From: Azolla caroliniana
Lineage: Eukaryota > Plantae > Polypodiophyta
DNA: 64,000 bases
Assembly: GCA_043228905.1 (NCBI GenBank)
Contig: JBHGNT010000021.1
Coordinates: 5,146,001 to 5,210,000 of the forward strand
Direction: 5' to 3'
Shown here: positions 49,659 to 61,210 of the stretch, piece after piece
How positions within the stretch are numbered: the first letter of the stretch is position 1
How the letters are laid out: every line of letters begins with the position of its first letter
Position numbers and translations under genes: made by a program
The notes under the pieces: generated by a model
Databases searched by the model: none
Told to the model about the DNA's origin: nothing
What the model saw: only the letters and a program-made list of their open reading frames with translations

Positions 49659-52600
49659 TGTCGCGAAGATGCGCGTGCAAGCGTGCTTCGCTTGAGCGGG
49701 ACCACCGGGGTCTTGGACCAAGGAGGATGTCCGTCAAGGTATTGAGAAGAGGACGATGTGAATGTAAGATTGGAGGAAGACCTATTACACTTGAGAAGAT
49801 TGAAGATTGTACACTTTGAGAAGTAGATAAATAATTACAAGATAGATGCGAAGAAGAAGAAATAGAAGCTTATATTATTGATGGTGATGATGATGGTCAT
49901 ATCATATTGAGCCCCCCCCTTACACAAGCCGTACTAGGGGTTTTATAGGTTTGTCCATGCACAAAACCATGGGCTTGGAGCCATGGTTTCTATGCACACA
50001 GTTTTGCTTTGAGACATGCAGGAAACCATGGTCTTAAAACCGTGGTTTTGCGTACACGGTTTTGTTCGTTTGTTTCCTACGGAATACTGAATATGAGAAA
50101 GAAATATAGAACATCTAAAGCACTTAGTAGTAGCTTTAGTGGTAAGGTAATTGCCTCTTATCTTAGAGGTGCAAGGTTCAAATCCTACTTGCAACCCTCT
50201 ACATGCACTCAATGCCATTGTGACCTAGGTTTATTTATTTTCCTTTTTACAAGTATTCGTGAAATGTGTGTGGATCCTCATTTTTTTATCTTTTCTCCCA
50301 CTAGACATGCCACATCACGACATCCACCCCCACCAAACCGCACATCCTCCGGTATGTGCCAAGAAGAAAAGAGTGATGTGGAAGGGTCAAAGGCGGTTGG
50401 TGTTTGACTTCCTCCTTTCTTGCGCCTCGTCCGCACCGTCTTTTTGCTGTCTACTTTGAACTGTCGTTGCCATCTGATCCACCATATCATTCGCTCACCT
50501 GTTTTATTGCCATGTCTAGTTGTCATGGCTGCCTTTGCTCCTCCCGAGCATAACGCTTCATGCCTCGTGCATGTCCCACCTTCATCTCGGCCATCTCCTT
50601 GGTCACTTAACTTTTCTTTATCATCCTTTCTCGTCTCATGCTTGCCTTTCCTTATGCTCAACAGCCTCGACTGGATGTCGTGGCTCGTTTGCTTCGACCT
50701 CCGTCTAGGCCGGCTCAACTTCTGTCGGGATCGGTCTCGACCAATCAACTTCTGGCTTGGTCGGCCCTCGTTCGGATTCGCATTCGGCCGAATCGGACTC
50801 AGATGATTGACTTTCGTCCGGGTTAGTTTCCGTCTGGTTTTCAGTTGGGTCGGGCCCGGTTGATCAACTCTCGTTCGGGTCGGCTTCCGTTCGGGTCGGA
50901 ATACCAACGGCTTCATCTTCCATCCGGATTGTATTCCGGTTCTTCCTTTCTTTCTGCTCTTTGGCTCTTCATCGAACTCTATTGTAGCTTTGTTTTTGGC
51001 CTCCTTGTTGGCCATCGTTCCTCTGTATGTGCTGGCTTCGACCCTCATCTCCTCGCCGCCACCTTCCATCTCTCCGGTCTTATGTTGGCTCTTGGGCACA
51101 ACTGCCGAAGTCTCCGAAACCAGTGTGGAGGGATCCCTTCGTCCGTGATCATCGTCCTCATCGCCGCTTTGGTCCTTCGATTTCTTGCCGTCACCTTCCA
51201 TCTCTCCGGTCTCACGTTGACACTCGAGCACAACTGCCGAAGTCTCAGGAACAATTGTGGGGAGAACGTCGACACCATCGGTCACCGTCTTCTCATCCGT
51301 AGCCATCTTTCGCTCAATGTTGTTATTCGCATTGTCTTCAATATTTTCTTCCCCACCACTTTCCGTCTCTTGGGTCTCATGTTGGCTCTCGGACGCAACT
51401 GCCCAAGTCTCTAGATCAAGTGTTGGGAAAGTCTCGACACGGTCATTCGTCGTGGCCTCTTCCTTAGCCATCTGCGACTCGATGTCGTTCCTCGTGGCTA
51501 CCGCCTCAATCACGTCAACCTCGCACTCTTTACATCCCTTGATACAACAAGCTTCCCTCATGCTTGCACCTTCATTACTCGATATTTCGAACACAGCATG
51601 TGTTCCAAAATGCTCGTCCACTCTTAAAGCAGCATTTCCCGCTCTCGAGTCTTCGGCCCTTCTCTTGACCGTCGTTCCTCCATAAGTCGAGAAGGTGGTT
51701 TGTTTCACACCTTCTCCCATGGTACTGTCATACCGAACCTGGGCCTTCGTATTGGCCGCATCATTAGTCTGCATTTGTCGGGAGGTCTCCTCTTTGTCGA
51801 TCACCATTTTCCTCGGTTTTGTTTTCAGCTTCTCTTCAACCTCGACTTGTGCCTTTAAGTTCATGAATGCCTCTCTCATCAAGGCTTCTATGTTGAGTTC
51901 TGTCGAAGCTTCCCTCTTCGAGCTTTCTTCCTTCGGTGGGTTTTTATTGCCACATCCCATTCTCCTTTGAACATCCCTTGTGGGTCGTGTTGTTGTCGAT
52001 GAGAATCTCATCTCCCTCTTATTGTGTTGTCAGCATACCCTTTCCACTTTGGCCCAATCCTTAGTGAGGCCATTTTCACCATTGTCATCCTCGAGTTGGA
52101 TTCCAATGGCCTTCCTTTCATTCCGATCGATTGACTTTACAAACAGTAGAACTTTATTCACCCCCACCAATCTTCGATCCCGGTCCGAGAGTTGAGCGAA
52201 TCGATAATCAAACTCAACAAATGTATGCATAGCACTCTGGTGGGTCTTTCTCGATGACACCCATTTGTGAAACTCATACATACCTTGTCCCTTTTGCTCT
52301 TCGTAACCATATGACTCTCGTAAAGCTTCTTTGAAGGACACCCACAAATCGTGAGTTTTTTGAATCTCTTTAATCTCTTCGAAGATCGGTTTGGCCACCA
52401 CTCGACAAAAGTACTCCAGCCTCATTGCTTCCTCCACTCCTCTTGAATCCATTTCGGCATTGTAGGCCTTTAGAAATATTTGGACTTCGCCTCCATCGAA
52501 AAACCCGACTCGCTTGATCATGCTTTCGACGGCTTGTTGGGCTGCATCTCGTGTTTTCCCTTCTCTTGAAAACTCCATCATCATCTTTGACATTGCCTTC

Positions 52601-53328
52601 ATTAGATATTCCTCGTCCATCTTCATCCTCCCCTACCGCTCTTCACGTCGGGTTCACCAAAAAATGTCGCGAAGATGCGCGTGCGAGCGTGCTTCGCTTG
52701 AGCGGGACCACCGGGGTCTTGGACCAAGGAGGATGTCCGTCAAGGTATTGAGAAGAGGACGATGTGAATGTAAGATTGGAGGAAGACCTATTACACTTGA
52801 GAAGATTGAAGATTGTACACTTTGAGAAGTAGATAAATAATTACAAGATAGATGCGAAGAAGAAGAAATAGAAGCTTATATTATTGATGGTGATGATGAT
52901 GGTCATATCATATTGAGCCCCCCCCTTACACAAGCCGTACTAGGGGTTTTATAGGTTTGTCCATGCACAAAACCATGGGCTTGGAGCCATGGTTTCTATG
53001 CACACAGTTTTGCTTTGAGACATGCAGGAAACCATGGGCTTAAAACCGTGGTTTTGTGTACACAGTTTTGTTCGTTTGTTTCCTACGGAATACTGAATAT
53101 GAGAAAGAAATATAGAACATCTAAAGCACTTAGTAGTAGCTTTAGTGGTAAGGTAATTGCCTCTTATCTTAGAGGTGCAAGGTTCAAATCCTACTTGCAA
53201 CCCTCTACATGCACTCAATGCCATTGTGACCTAGGTTTATTTATTTTCATTTTTACAAGTATTCGTGAAATGTGTGTGGATCCTCAATTTTTTATTTTTT
53301 CTCGCACTAGACATGCCACATCACGACA
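49659..53328 (-). mobile_element. Young non-autonomous Gag-only (TR-GAG-like) LTR element of the Trp-primed lineage
   Basis: Two 664-bp LTRs (49659-50322, 52665-53328) differing at about 9 positions; PBS-Trp 52642-52659; PPT 50323-50334; 4-bp TSD GCGG/GTGG; no protease, RT, RNase H or integrase. Confidence 0.92.
50278..52626 (-). CDS. Gag capsid-like domain fused to a ~580-aa charged low-complexity extension (one in-frame TGA at 52030-52032)
   Basis: ORFs 52626-52030 and 52011-50278 share a frame; the N-terminus resembles Gypsy-1/2 gag (F.G....FL..Y..EM, LED..GLT.DW..V.R.C). Confidence 0.75.
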
Positions 53329-53379
53329 GTGGCGGGATGAAGCAGTTAATGGAAGAAGCGGAGGTGCGCCATGCAGAGG

Positions 53380-54571
53380 CTAGGGATAGCCGTTTCCCTT
53401 CCAGTCCGACGTTGCCCAAAGTGACGACCAACGTCTCCCAGCTATCCAGGAGGGAACCGAGCAGGAGTAGCGCTAGTACCTCATCAGTGAAAGGTACTTC
53501 CAATGATGTTGCCTGGTGGATCAGCCCCTAGAAGGCATTCATGTGCTCCGCCATGCTGGAGCCATCTTGGTACCGACTAGCTTCCGAAATACCGAAACCT
53601 GATTAACAACATTTTTGTTTTGAAACATAATGCCGATCTTCTCCCAGAGCTCATGAGCCTTGCTCTCGTCATTGAAGTTGTTGTATAGACTCATGTCGAT
53701 GAAGCACCGTATGTAAGCCGTTGTCTTCATGTGCATAACCTCCCATATCGCGGCGTTGATTTTGTCCGGTCTCTTGTCCCCGAACTGAACCGGCAGCCAA
53801 AGGTCTTTAACCACGAGCATGTCCCTCATCTTCGACTTCCACACCGAATAGTTGGAGCCGGTGAGCTCGAACATGCCTCCCAACGAATCATCCATTTTTC
53901 TGTGTTGCCTCGCTCTGATACCACTTTGACAGGAACTACACTCTCCGATGAACAACGCTCGACCACAACCGAGTCTAAAGTCAAACACAGAAAACGGATA
54001 ATGAACGCACGACACAAAGGAGAGAAGAGTACACAGGATGTTTAACGTGGAAAACCCTGAGAGGGAAAAACCACAGGAGTTCACAGACTCCAAACTATCA
54101 CTATATCACAATGATTACAATAGTGAGCTCACAGAGGCAACGACCTCGCGCTCACGATCTTCGCCACAGGCGGCGGTCACAACAAAGGCAACGACCTCTT
54201 CCTCTCTCTCTCTCTCTCTCTCTGTACACTGTTACGCACTCTCTGATCTTGCACCAACAAGAATGACAACAACTATATCAATAAGTTTGCCCTAAGTCAT
54301 ATTTATACTAATATGACTTTTCGGCTATTTACAAATATAGCCCCGATGGACTCTCAGAAGACATATTTACGAATATCTCCCTTCATCCGGTGAGCACTCC
54401 TCACCGAGCCTGCATCATCCGGATCTTGCCAGGCACTCGTCATCTAGTTCTCACCGGGTCTACACCATTCGGCTCATGCCGGGTACTCCACATCCGGTTT
54501 CGGCCGAGGCCGAGTTTGCTCATCAGTACTGTTCTTCTCACTTCCCATCCGGAGGGACATGTTTCCTAACA
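53380..54571 (-). mobile_element. Truncated Copia 'Copia-4' (5' LTR, PBS, gag start)
   Basis: LTR 53927-54571; PBS TGGTATCAGAGC 53912-53923; gag closely similar to Copia-1 gag. Confidence 0.9.
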
Positions 54572-55723
54572 AAGAATTGTTGACGGCATACCACAAGAGT
54601 CCCTGGGCCGGACACCGTGGGACGTGGGCCACATTCGAGAAGCTAAAGGGGAAATACTGGTGGCCGGGACTATACCGGGACATGCATCGGTTCGTGACGA
54701 CTTGCGAAAGCTGTCAGGTGCACTCCATAGTCCAACATTGGGACGAGCTTCACCCGACCTACCCTCCGACTGTCCACTTTAAGTGGATGGTGGATCTGGT
54801 GACGATGCCGATGGGGGTAGGGCAGATGTGGTATCTGGTTCTGGCTCAGGAGGACCTTACGAACCAGGTGGAAGGCCGAGCGTTGCAAAACAAAACTACC
54901 ACGGCCGTGTGTCGATTCCTAATTGAAGAAGTGGTATGCCGGTACGGGTGAGTAGGTAAGATCATGGCCGACCGTGGAGAATTGGACGCACAAGAGGCAG
55001 AAGAGTTGTTTGACCGGCTAGGGATTAAACTCTCGCTCACCACACCATACAATCCAGAGGCTAACGGGAAGGTGGAACGCGGACACGGGCCGATCGTCAA
55101 AGCGTTAGTACGAGCGTGTGGAGGCCAAGTCGGGAACTGGTCGCGGCTCTTACCCTATGCGTTGTGGGCGGACCGAACTACGCACAGTTCGGTAATCGGG
55201 TTCATGCCGGCAGAGCTAATGTATGGGCAGAAGCTGATCATGCCAACGGAGCAGACAATCTCCTCATGGGCCACGGTGGACTGGAAAGACGAGATGAGCT
55301 GGGAGGAGTTGTTAGCGGCACGGATTCGGCAGCTAGAGCGAAGACCGGAGGACGTGGACCAAGCCGTGGAGAAGCTACGGGTGGCGAGGGTAAGGAACAA
55401 AGGACGGTTCGACCGGACTCACTGATTGAGACCGAAGAAGATCGAGGAAGGCGACTGGGTTCTAGTGTATGACAGCAGCCTCGACAACCAGCATAGGGCA
55501 ATGCGGAAGTTTGCAAGAAGGTGGTTCGGGCCTTACGTGGTGACAAGCGCCAACGACAATGGGACCTACCATCTCGCGGAGCTCGATGGGACAAGGATGG
55601 CGGTGCCGGTGGCGGGAAAAAGGATCAAAGCATTCAAAAAGTTGTCAAGATTCGAACTCTTGACATGACCACGTTATAATCAAGTGTTGCGTGTTTACCA
55701 ACATATCTCACATATAATCATAT

Positions 55724-58700
55724 TGTTGGGAGACAGGTCCCTCCGGATGGGAAGCGAGAAGAACAGTGCCGATGAACAAACTCTGGAGCATCGTTCCACC
55801 TTACCCCGGACCGGAAATGCTTCTCATCCTACTCAGCCGGTGACCACGGCTGTGTCCGGATGGGGAATGAAGGTACATGCCGAATTATCGGCATAGGAGA
55901 CGTGTGGTTGTCAACACCAACCGGATGCAAGTTGCTGCTGAAGTATGTCTGACACGTTCCGGAGGTTCATCTGAACCTGATATCAGCCAGTCGGCTAGAT
56001 GATGAAGGCTACACAGGTAGCATCCGGAACGGTGTCATGAAGTTCAGCAAAGGGAGCCTGATTGTGGCTCGGGCCCGGAAGGTAAACACGTTGTACCTGA
56101 TGAATGCCCGGTTATGCCCGGAAGAAGTGAACGTGGCATCCGACACTGCCGGTGAGCTGTGGCACAAGAGGCTGTGTCACATGAGTGAGAAGGGGATGAA
56201 GAGGCTTGCAGACGACAACCTCATTCCAGTGAAAAACGTGCACTTAGAACAGTGCACTGATTGTCTGGCTGGTAAGCAGAACCGGACCTCCTTCCGACCA
56301 AGGCCACCGATGAGACGTAATGCACCACTGGAGTTGGTGCATACGGATGTGTGTCAAGTAGACACGAAGTCACATGCCCGAGCGCAGTACTTCGTGACGT
56401 TCATAGATGACCACAGCCGGAAGCTGTGGGCCACACCATTGAAGACAAAGGATCAGGTGTTATCCGTCTTCAAAGAGCTCCACGCGAGAGTGGAAAGAGA
56501 AACCGGCCGGAAGCTGAAGGCGGTTCGAGCAGATAACGGAGGAGAGTACCGGGGGCAGTTCGAGGAGTACTGCCGCTTGAAGGGAATCTGGCTCGAATTT
56601 ACCGTGCCGAAGACGCCGGAACTAAACGGACTGGCCGAGAGGATGAACCGGACCATAATGGAGAGGGTCCGGAGTATGCTAGCGCATGCAAAACTACCCA
56701 AGAAGTTTTGGGCTGAGGCACTGTCGACGGCGACATATGTGATAAACAGATCACCCTCAGTACCCTTGGACGGAGACACGCCACAGAGAGTATGGACCGG
56801 TAAGGAAGTATCCTACCGGCATCTGAGGGTGTTCGGGTGTCTCGCGTACGTGCATGTAGCAAACGACCAGAGAGGAAAGTTAGATCCAAAGACCCGGCCA
56901 TGCATATTCCTCGGTTACGGTGACGATGAGTTCAGCTACCGAGTGTGGGACCCGGTCGACAAGAAGGCATTCCAGAGTCGAGATATTATCTTCATGGAGG
57001 ACAAGACGCTCGCCGACTGGGAGTCGGAGAAGAAGATAATGAACTCCGAGTCGACCGGTAAGGATAGACTCTACGATGAGCAGACCCAACCGGCAAGAGA
57101 CCGGTTAGCACTCGAGGAACCAGCCGGTTACGGTGAGGATACCGAACCGGCAGAAGAAGAAGTAGAGAAAGCTGAGACCGGAACCGGTCAAGACCCCGAA
57201 TCGGATTCGGATGAAGAGCAAATGGAGGAGCCAGTTACCGAAGCCCGAAGACGTAGATATCCTCTCAGAGAGAGAAGGGCACCCCGGAGATTTCCGGATG
57301 CAGAGCATGTTCTGCTGACCGATGAGGGGGAGCGGGAAAGCTTCGAAGAAGCGAAGGAAGACACCCACAGCCAAAAATGGTTAAGTGCCATGCAGGATGA
57401 GATGGATTCCCTGCATGAGAACTATACGTACGAATTGGTGGAGCTGCCGAAAGGAAAGCGGGCACTCCGAAACAAGTGGGTGTACAAGTTGAAACCGGGA
57501 GATGCCGGCAACTCCTCGAGATACAAAGCCAGGATCGTGGTGAAGGGGTTCCAGCAGAAGAAGGGCGTAGACTTCGACGAGATATTCGCCCCGGTAGTAA
57601 AGATGACCTCCATCCGGACGGTGCTGAGTATAGCAGCAAGCATGGACCTCGAGGTAGAGCAGCTGGACGTGAAGACGACATTCCTTCACGGCGACCTCGA
57701 AGAGGAGATCTACATGCAGCAACTGGAAGGATTTGTGGAGAAAGGGAAGGAGCACCTAGTATGCCGGTTGAAGAAGAGCCTATACGGACTGAAGCAGGCT
57801 CCCCGGCAATGGTATCGGAAGTTCGACTCCTTCATGACCGATCAAGGGTACCACAAGACGCAGGCCGATCACTGCGTGTTTGTGAAGAAGTTCGAAGGAG
57901 GGGACTTCCTGATACTCCTCCTGTACGTGGATGACATGTTGATCGTCGGACGGGACCAAGTCAAAATACGGATGCTGAAGAAGGCTCTCAACCGGACCTT
58001 CTCAATGAAAGACTTGGGTCCGGCAAGACAGATGTTGGGGATGCACATCATTCGGGACCGGTCAGTGAAGCAATTATGGTTGTCACAGGAGAAGTACGTG
58101 ACAAAGGTGCTTCACCGGTTCAACATGTCAGATGCGAAACCGGTCAGATCGACACTTCCGGCAAACTGCAAGCTATCCGGCAAGCAAAGCCCAAAGACGA
58201 AAGGAGAGAAGGCAGATATGATGAAGATTCCATATGCCTCGACCATCGGGAGCTTGATGTACGCAATGGTTTGTACCCGACCGGATATTGGACACGCAGT
58301 CGGAGTGGTGAGCCGGTTCATGAGTAATCCCGGCAAGGAGCACTGGAACGCAGTCAAATGGATACTCCGGTATTTGAAGGGCACTTCAAATATGTGTCTC
58401 CGATTTGGCTCCGGAAAACCTCAACTGGACGGTTTCACCGATTCGGACATGTCGGCTGATGTGGATACCAGCCGGTCTACATCCGGGTATGTAATGACAT
58501 ATGCAGGGGGAGCTGTTTCGTGGCAGCCGAGGCTGCAAAAGACAGTTGCATTGTCAACCACGGAGGCGGAGTACATGGCGGCTGTGGAAGCCGGCAAGGA
58601 ATTTTTATGGATGAAGGACTTCATCGGAGAGCTCGGTATACGGCAAGAGGAATACCGACTCTATTGCGACAGTCAAAGTGCCATCCACCTTGCTAAAAAT

Positions 58701-59605
58701 GCGGCCTACCATTCCCGGACGAAGCATATCCAGCGGAGGTATCACTGGATCCGGGAAAGAGTAGATGACCAGGAGTTCGCACTGACGAAGATCCACACGG
58801 CCGAGAACGGGTCAGATATGCTGACCAAAGTGCTGACACCCGACAAGCTGGATGCATGCCGGAAGAGAATCGGACTGGTAAGACACCCCATGCCGGAGTG
58901 AATGGGGAGTTTGTTGGGAGAAAGGTCCCTCCGGATGGGAAGGGAGAAGAACAGTGCCGACGAACAAACTCGACCGAGGCCGAAACGGTATGAGGAGTAC
59001 ACGGCTACAGAGAGCCGGATGATACAGGCCCGGTGTGAACCGGATGACGAGTACCCGGCTACGGAGAGCCGGATGGTGCAGGCCCGGTGTGAACCGGATG
59101 AGGAGTACCCGGCTACGAAGAGCCGGATGGTGCAGAACCGGAGGAAGAGACATATTCGTAAATATGTTTCTGAGAGCCCATCGAGGCTATATTTGTAAAT
59201 AGCCGAAAATTCATATTAGTATAAATATGACTTAGGGCAAACTTTTAGTTGTTGTTGTCATTTTCTGTTTTGCACGAAATCAGAGTGCGTAACTGTACAG
59301 AGAGAGAGAGAGAGATATCGAGGTCGTTGCCTCTGTTGTAACCGCCGCCTGTGGCGAAGATCGTGAGCACGAGGTCGTTGCCTCCGTGGACTCACTGTTT
59401 TTGTACATTCTTACATAGTGACAGTTTGCAGCCTGTGGACTGCCGTGATTTTTCCCCTAGTTTGGGGTTTTCCACGTAAACCTCCTGTGTAGTGTGTGTG
59501 TATCTTCCTCTCCTTTGTGTCATGTTTTATTTCCCATTTTCTGTGTATCATTCTACGCTTGGTTGTGCCCGAGCGTCGCACATAAGGATCGTTGGGTTCC
59601 CGTCA
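55724..59605 (+). mobile_element. Copia element 'Copia-3' with most of the 5' LTR, PBS and gag deleted
   Basis: Perfect TSD CATAT; about 60 bp of 5' LTR joined to protease (S)GASFHL; PPT 58901-58911; 3' LTR 58912-59605. Confidence 0.95.
56037..58901 (+). CDS. Copia Pol polyprotein (integrase, RT, RNase H), 954-aa open frame
   Basis: HHCC (WHKRLCH..CTDC), DDE core, YVDD, RNase H D-E-D motifs, no internal stops. Confidence 0.93.
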   Translation: MKFSKGSLIVARARKVNTLYLMNARLCPEEVNVASDTAGELWHKRLCHMSEKGMKRLADDNLIPVKNVHLEQCTDCLAGKQNRTSFRPRPPMRRNAPLELVHTDVCQVDTKSHARAQYFVTFIDDHSRKLWATPLKTKDQVLSVFKELHARVERETGRKLKAVRADNGGEYRGQFEEYCRLKGIWLEFTVPKTPELNGLAERMNRTIMERVRSMLAHAKLPKKFWAEALSTATYVINRSPSVPLDGDTPQRVWTGKEVSYRHLRVFGCLAYVHVANDQRGKLDPKTRPCIFLGYGDDEFSYRVWDPVDKKAFQSRDIIFMEDKTLADWESEKKIMNSESTGKDRLYDEQTQPARDRLALEEPAGYGEDTEPAEEEVEKAETGTGQDPESDSDEEQMEEPVTEARRRRYPLRERRAPRRFPDAEHVLLTDEGERESFEEAKEDTHSQKWLSAMQDEMDSLHENYTYELVELPKGKRALRNKWVYKLKPGDAGNSSRYKARIVVKGFQQKKGVDFDEIFAPVVKMTSIRTVLSIAASMDLEVEQLDVKTTFLHGDLEEEIYMQQLEGFVEKGKEHLVCRLKKSLYGLKQAPRQWYRKFDSFMTDQGYHKTQADHCVFVKKFEGGDFLILLLYVDDMLIVGRDQVKIRMLKKALNRTFSMKDLGPARQMLGMHIIRDRSVKQLWLSQEKYVTKVLHRFNMSDAKPVRSTLPANCKLSGKQSPKTKGEKADMMKIPYASTIGSLMYAMVCTRPDIGHAVGVVSRFMSNPGKEHWNAVKWILRYLKGTSNMCLRFGSGKPQLDGFTDSDMSADVDTSRSTSGYVMTYAGGAVSWQPRLQKTVALSTTEAEYMAAVEAGKEFLWMKDFIGELGIRQEEYRLYCDSQSAIHLAKNAAYHSRTKHIQRRYHWIRERVDDQEFALTKIHTAENGSDMLTKVLTPDKLDACRKRIGLVRHPMPE

Positions 59606-60529
59606 CATATGTAATTTTTCCTTGTACTTTTTAGCTAGCATCATGTGCATAATTGCTCCCTTGTATTATTTACACTTGGCACATGCATGAGTACCTACTA
59701 CCTACATGCTCTATTGTATCACATGCGTGCAATAGGTATGCATGCCACTTAGTATAAATAGTTGAGTTCACCTTGAAGGAATTCAAGGTGAACAACGCCA
59801 GTCATGGACATATCAATCTAGTATTCCCATTTCGCCCATCCTCTCTCCTTGATCTTCATCTCTATCTTTATGCTCTCGTGTCATTCCCTGTCTTAAGTTC
59901 CTCGCGTCGTCACTCCGTCATAGCCTCATCATCCGTGCTCCGTCTTAGTCCGCGCTTGGTGTGTTCGTGACAGTTCATATAATCATATGTAATTTTTCCT
60001 TGTACTTTTTAGCTAGCATCATGTGCATAATTGCTCCCTTGTATTATTTACACTTGGCACATGCATGAGTACCTACTACCTACATGCTCTATTGTATCAC
60101 ATGCATGCAACAGGTATGCATGCCACTTAGTATAAATAGTTGAGTTCACCTTGAAGGAATTCAAGGTGAACAACACCAATGATGGATATATCAATCTAGT
60201 ATTCTCGTTTCGCCCATCTTTTCTCCGTAATCTTCATCTCTATCTTTATGCTCTTGTTTCATTCCATCATCGCTCCGTCGTAGCCTCATCATCCGTGCTC
60301 TGTCTTAGTCCACACTTGGTGTGTCCGTGACAGTTCGTTCACCTTCCAACTAGAAGCATCACCCGTCTCCGTCATCACCCTTGCTTCTAGAGTTACCATC
60401 GACATAGTACCATCATCAACATCGCTTCATTTCCTATCTTCCTCGCCATTTCTATCTCCTAGTTTCTTCTCATCATTTTCATTGGCTTTTAGTTCTCCTC
60501 ATCATTGTCTCTATTTTTTAGTTTCTTTC

Positions 60530-61210
60530 CCGTTCGTGTTCGTGTTCTAGTTCCCGGTGAGGGCCGCACAAGGCCGCTCACTCCCATTGGTGTTCGTGTT
60601 CCAGTTCCTGATGAGGGCCGCACAAGGCCGCTCACTCCCGTTGGTGTTCGTGTTCGAGTTCCCAGTGAGGTCCGCACAAGGCCGCACACTCTCGTTGGTG
60701 TTAGTGTTCTAGTTCCCGTTGAGGGTCGCATGGTCGCTCACGCCCGTTCGTGTTCGTGTTCTCGGTGAAGACCGCACTTGGCTGCTCACTCCCATTCGTG
60801 TTCGTGTCCCCAATGAGTGCCGCATGGTTGCTCACTCCCGTTCATGTTCCAGTCTCCCGTGAGGACCGCACATGGTCGCTCACTCCAATTATTTTTCACG
60901 TTCCACATCCTGGCAAGGACTGACATGGTCGCTCATGCCCATTGCGGTTCATGTTCCAGTTCTCAGTGAGGACCACACATGGTCACTCATGCTTGTTGGT
61001 GTTCGTGTTCCAACTCTCGGCGAGGACCGACATGGTCTCTCATGCCCGTTGGTGTTCGTGTTCCAGTCTCCAGTGAGGACCACACATGGTCTCTCACTCT
61101 CGTTGGTATTCGTGTTCCAATTCTAGTTCCCAATGACGACCGATCATGGTCACTCGCGTCCGTTGTTGTTCGTGTATGTGGTGAGGACAACACATGGTCA
61201 CTCACACCCA
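60530..61210. repeat. 54-bp tandem repeat array (about 12 units, decaying 3')
   Basis: GTGTTCGTGTTCCAGTTCC..TGAGGGCCGCACAAGGCCGCTCACTCCCGTTG; period 54 at 60561/60615/60669. Confidence 0.88.

Noticed and set aside
57105-58952. Many overlapping antisense and alternate-frame ORFs
   Set aside because: Shadows of the GC-rich Copia pol; no independent motifs.
60530-61210. CRISPR-like array
   Set aside because: Units are contiguous tandem repeats without unique spacers, in a eukaryotic TE with no cas genes.
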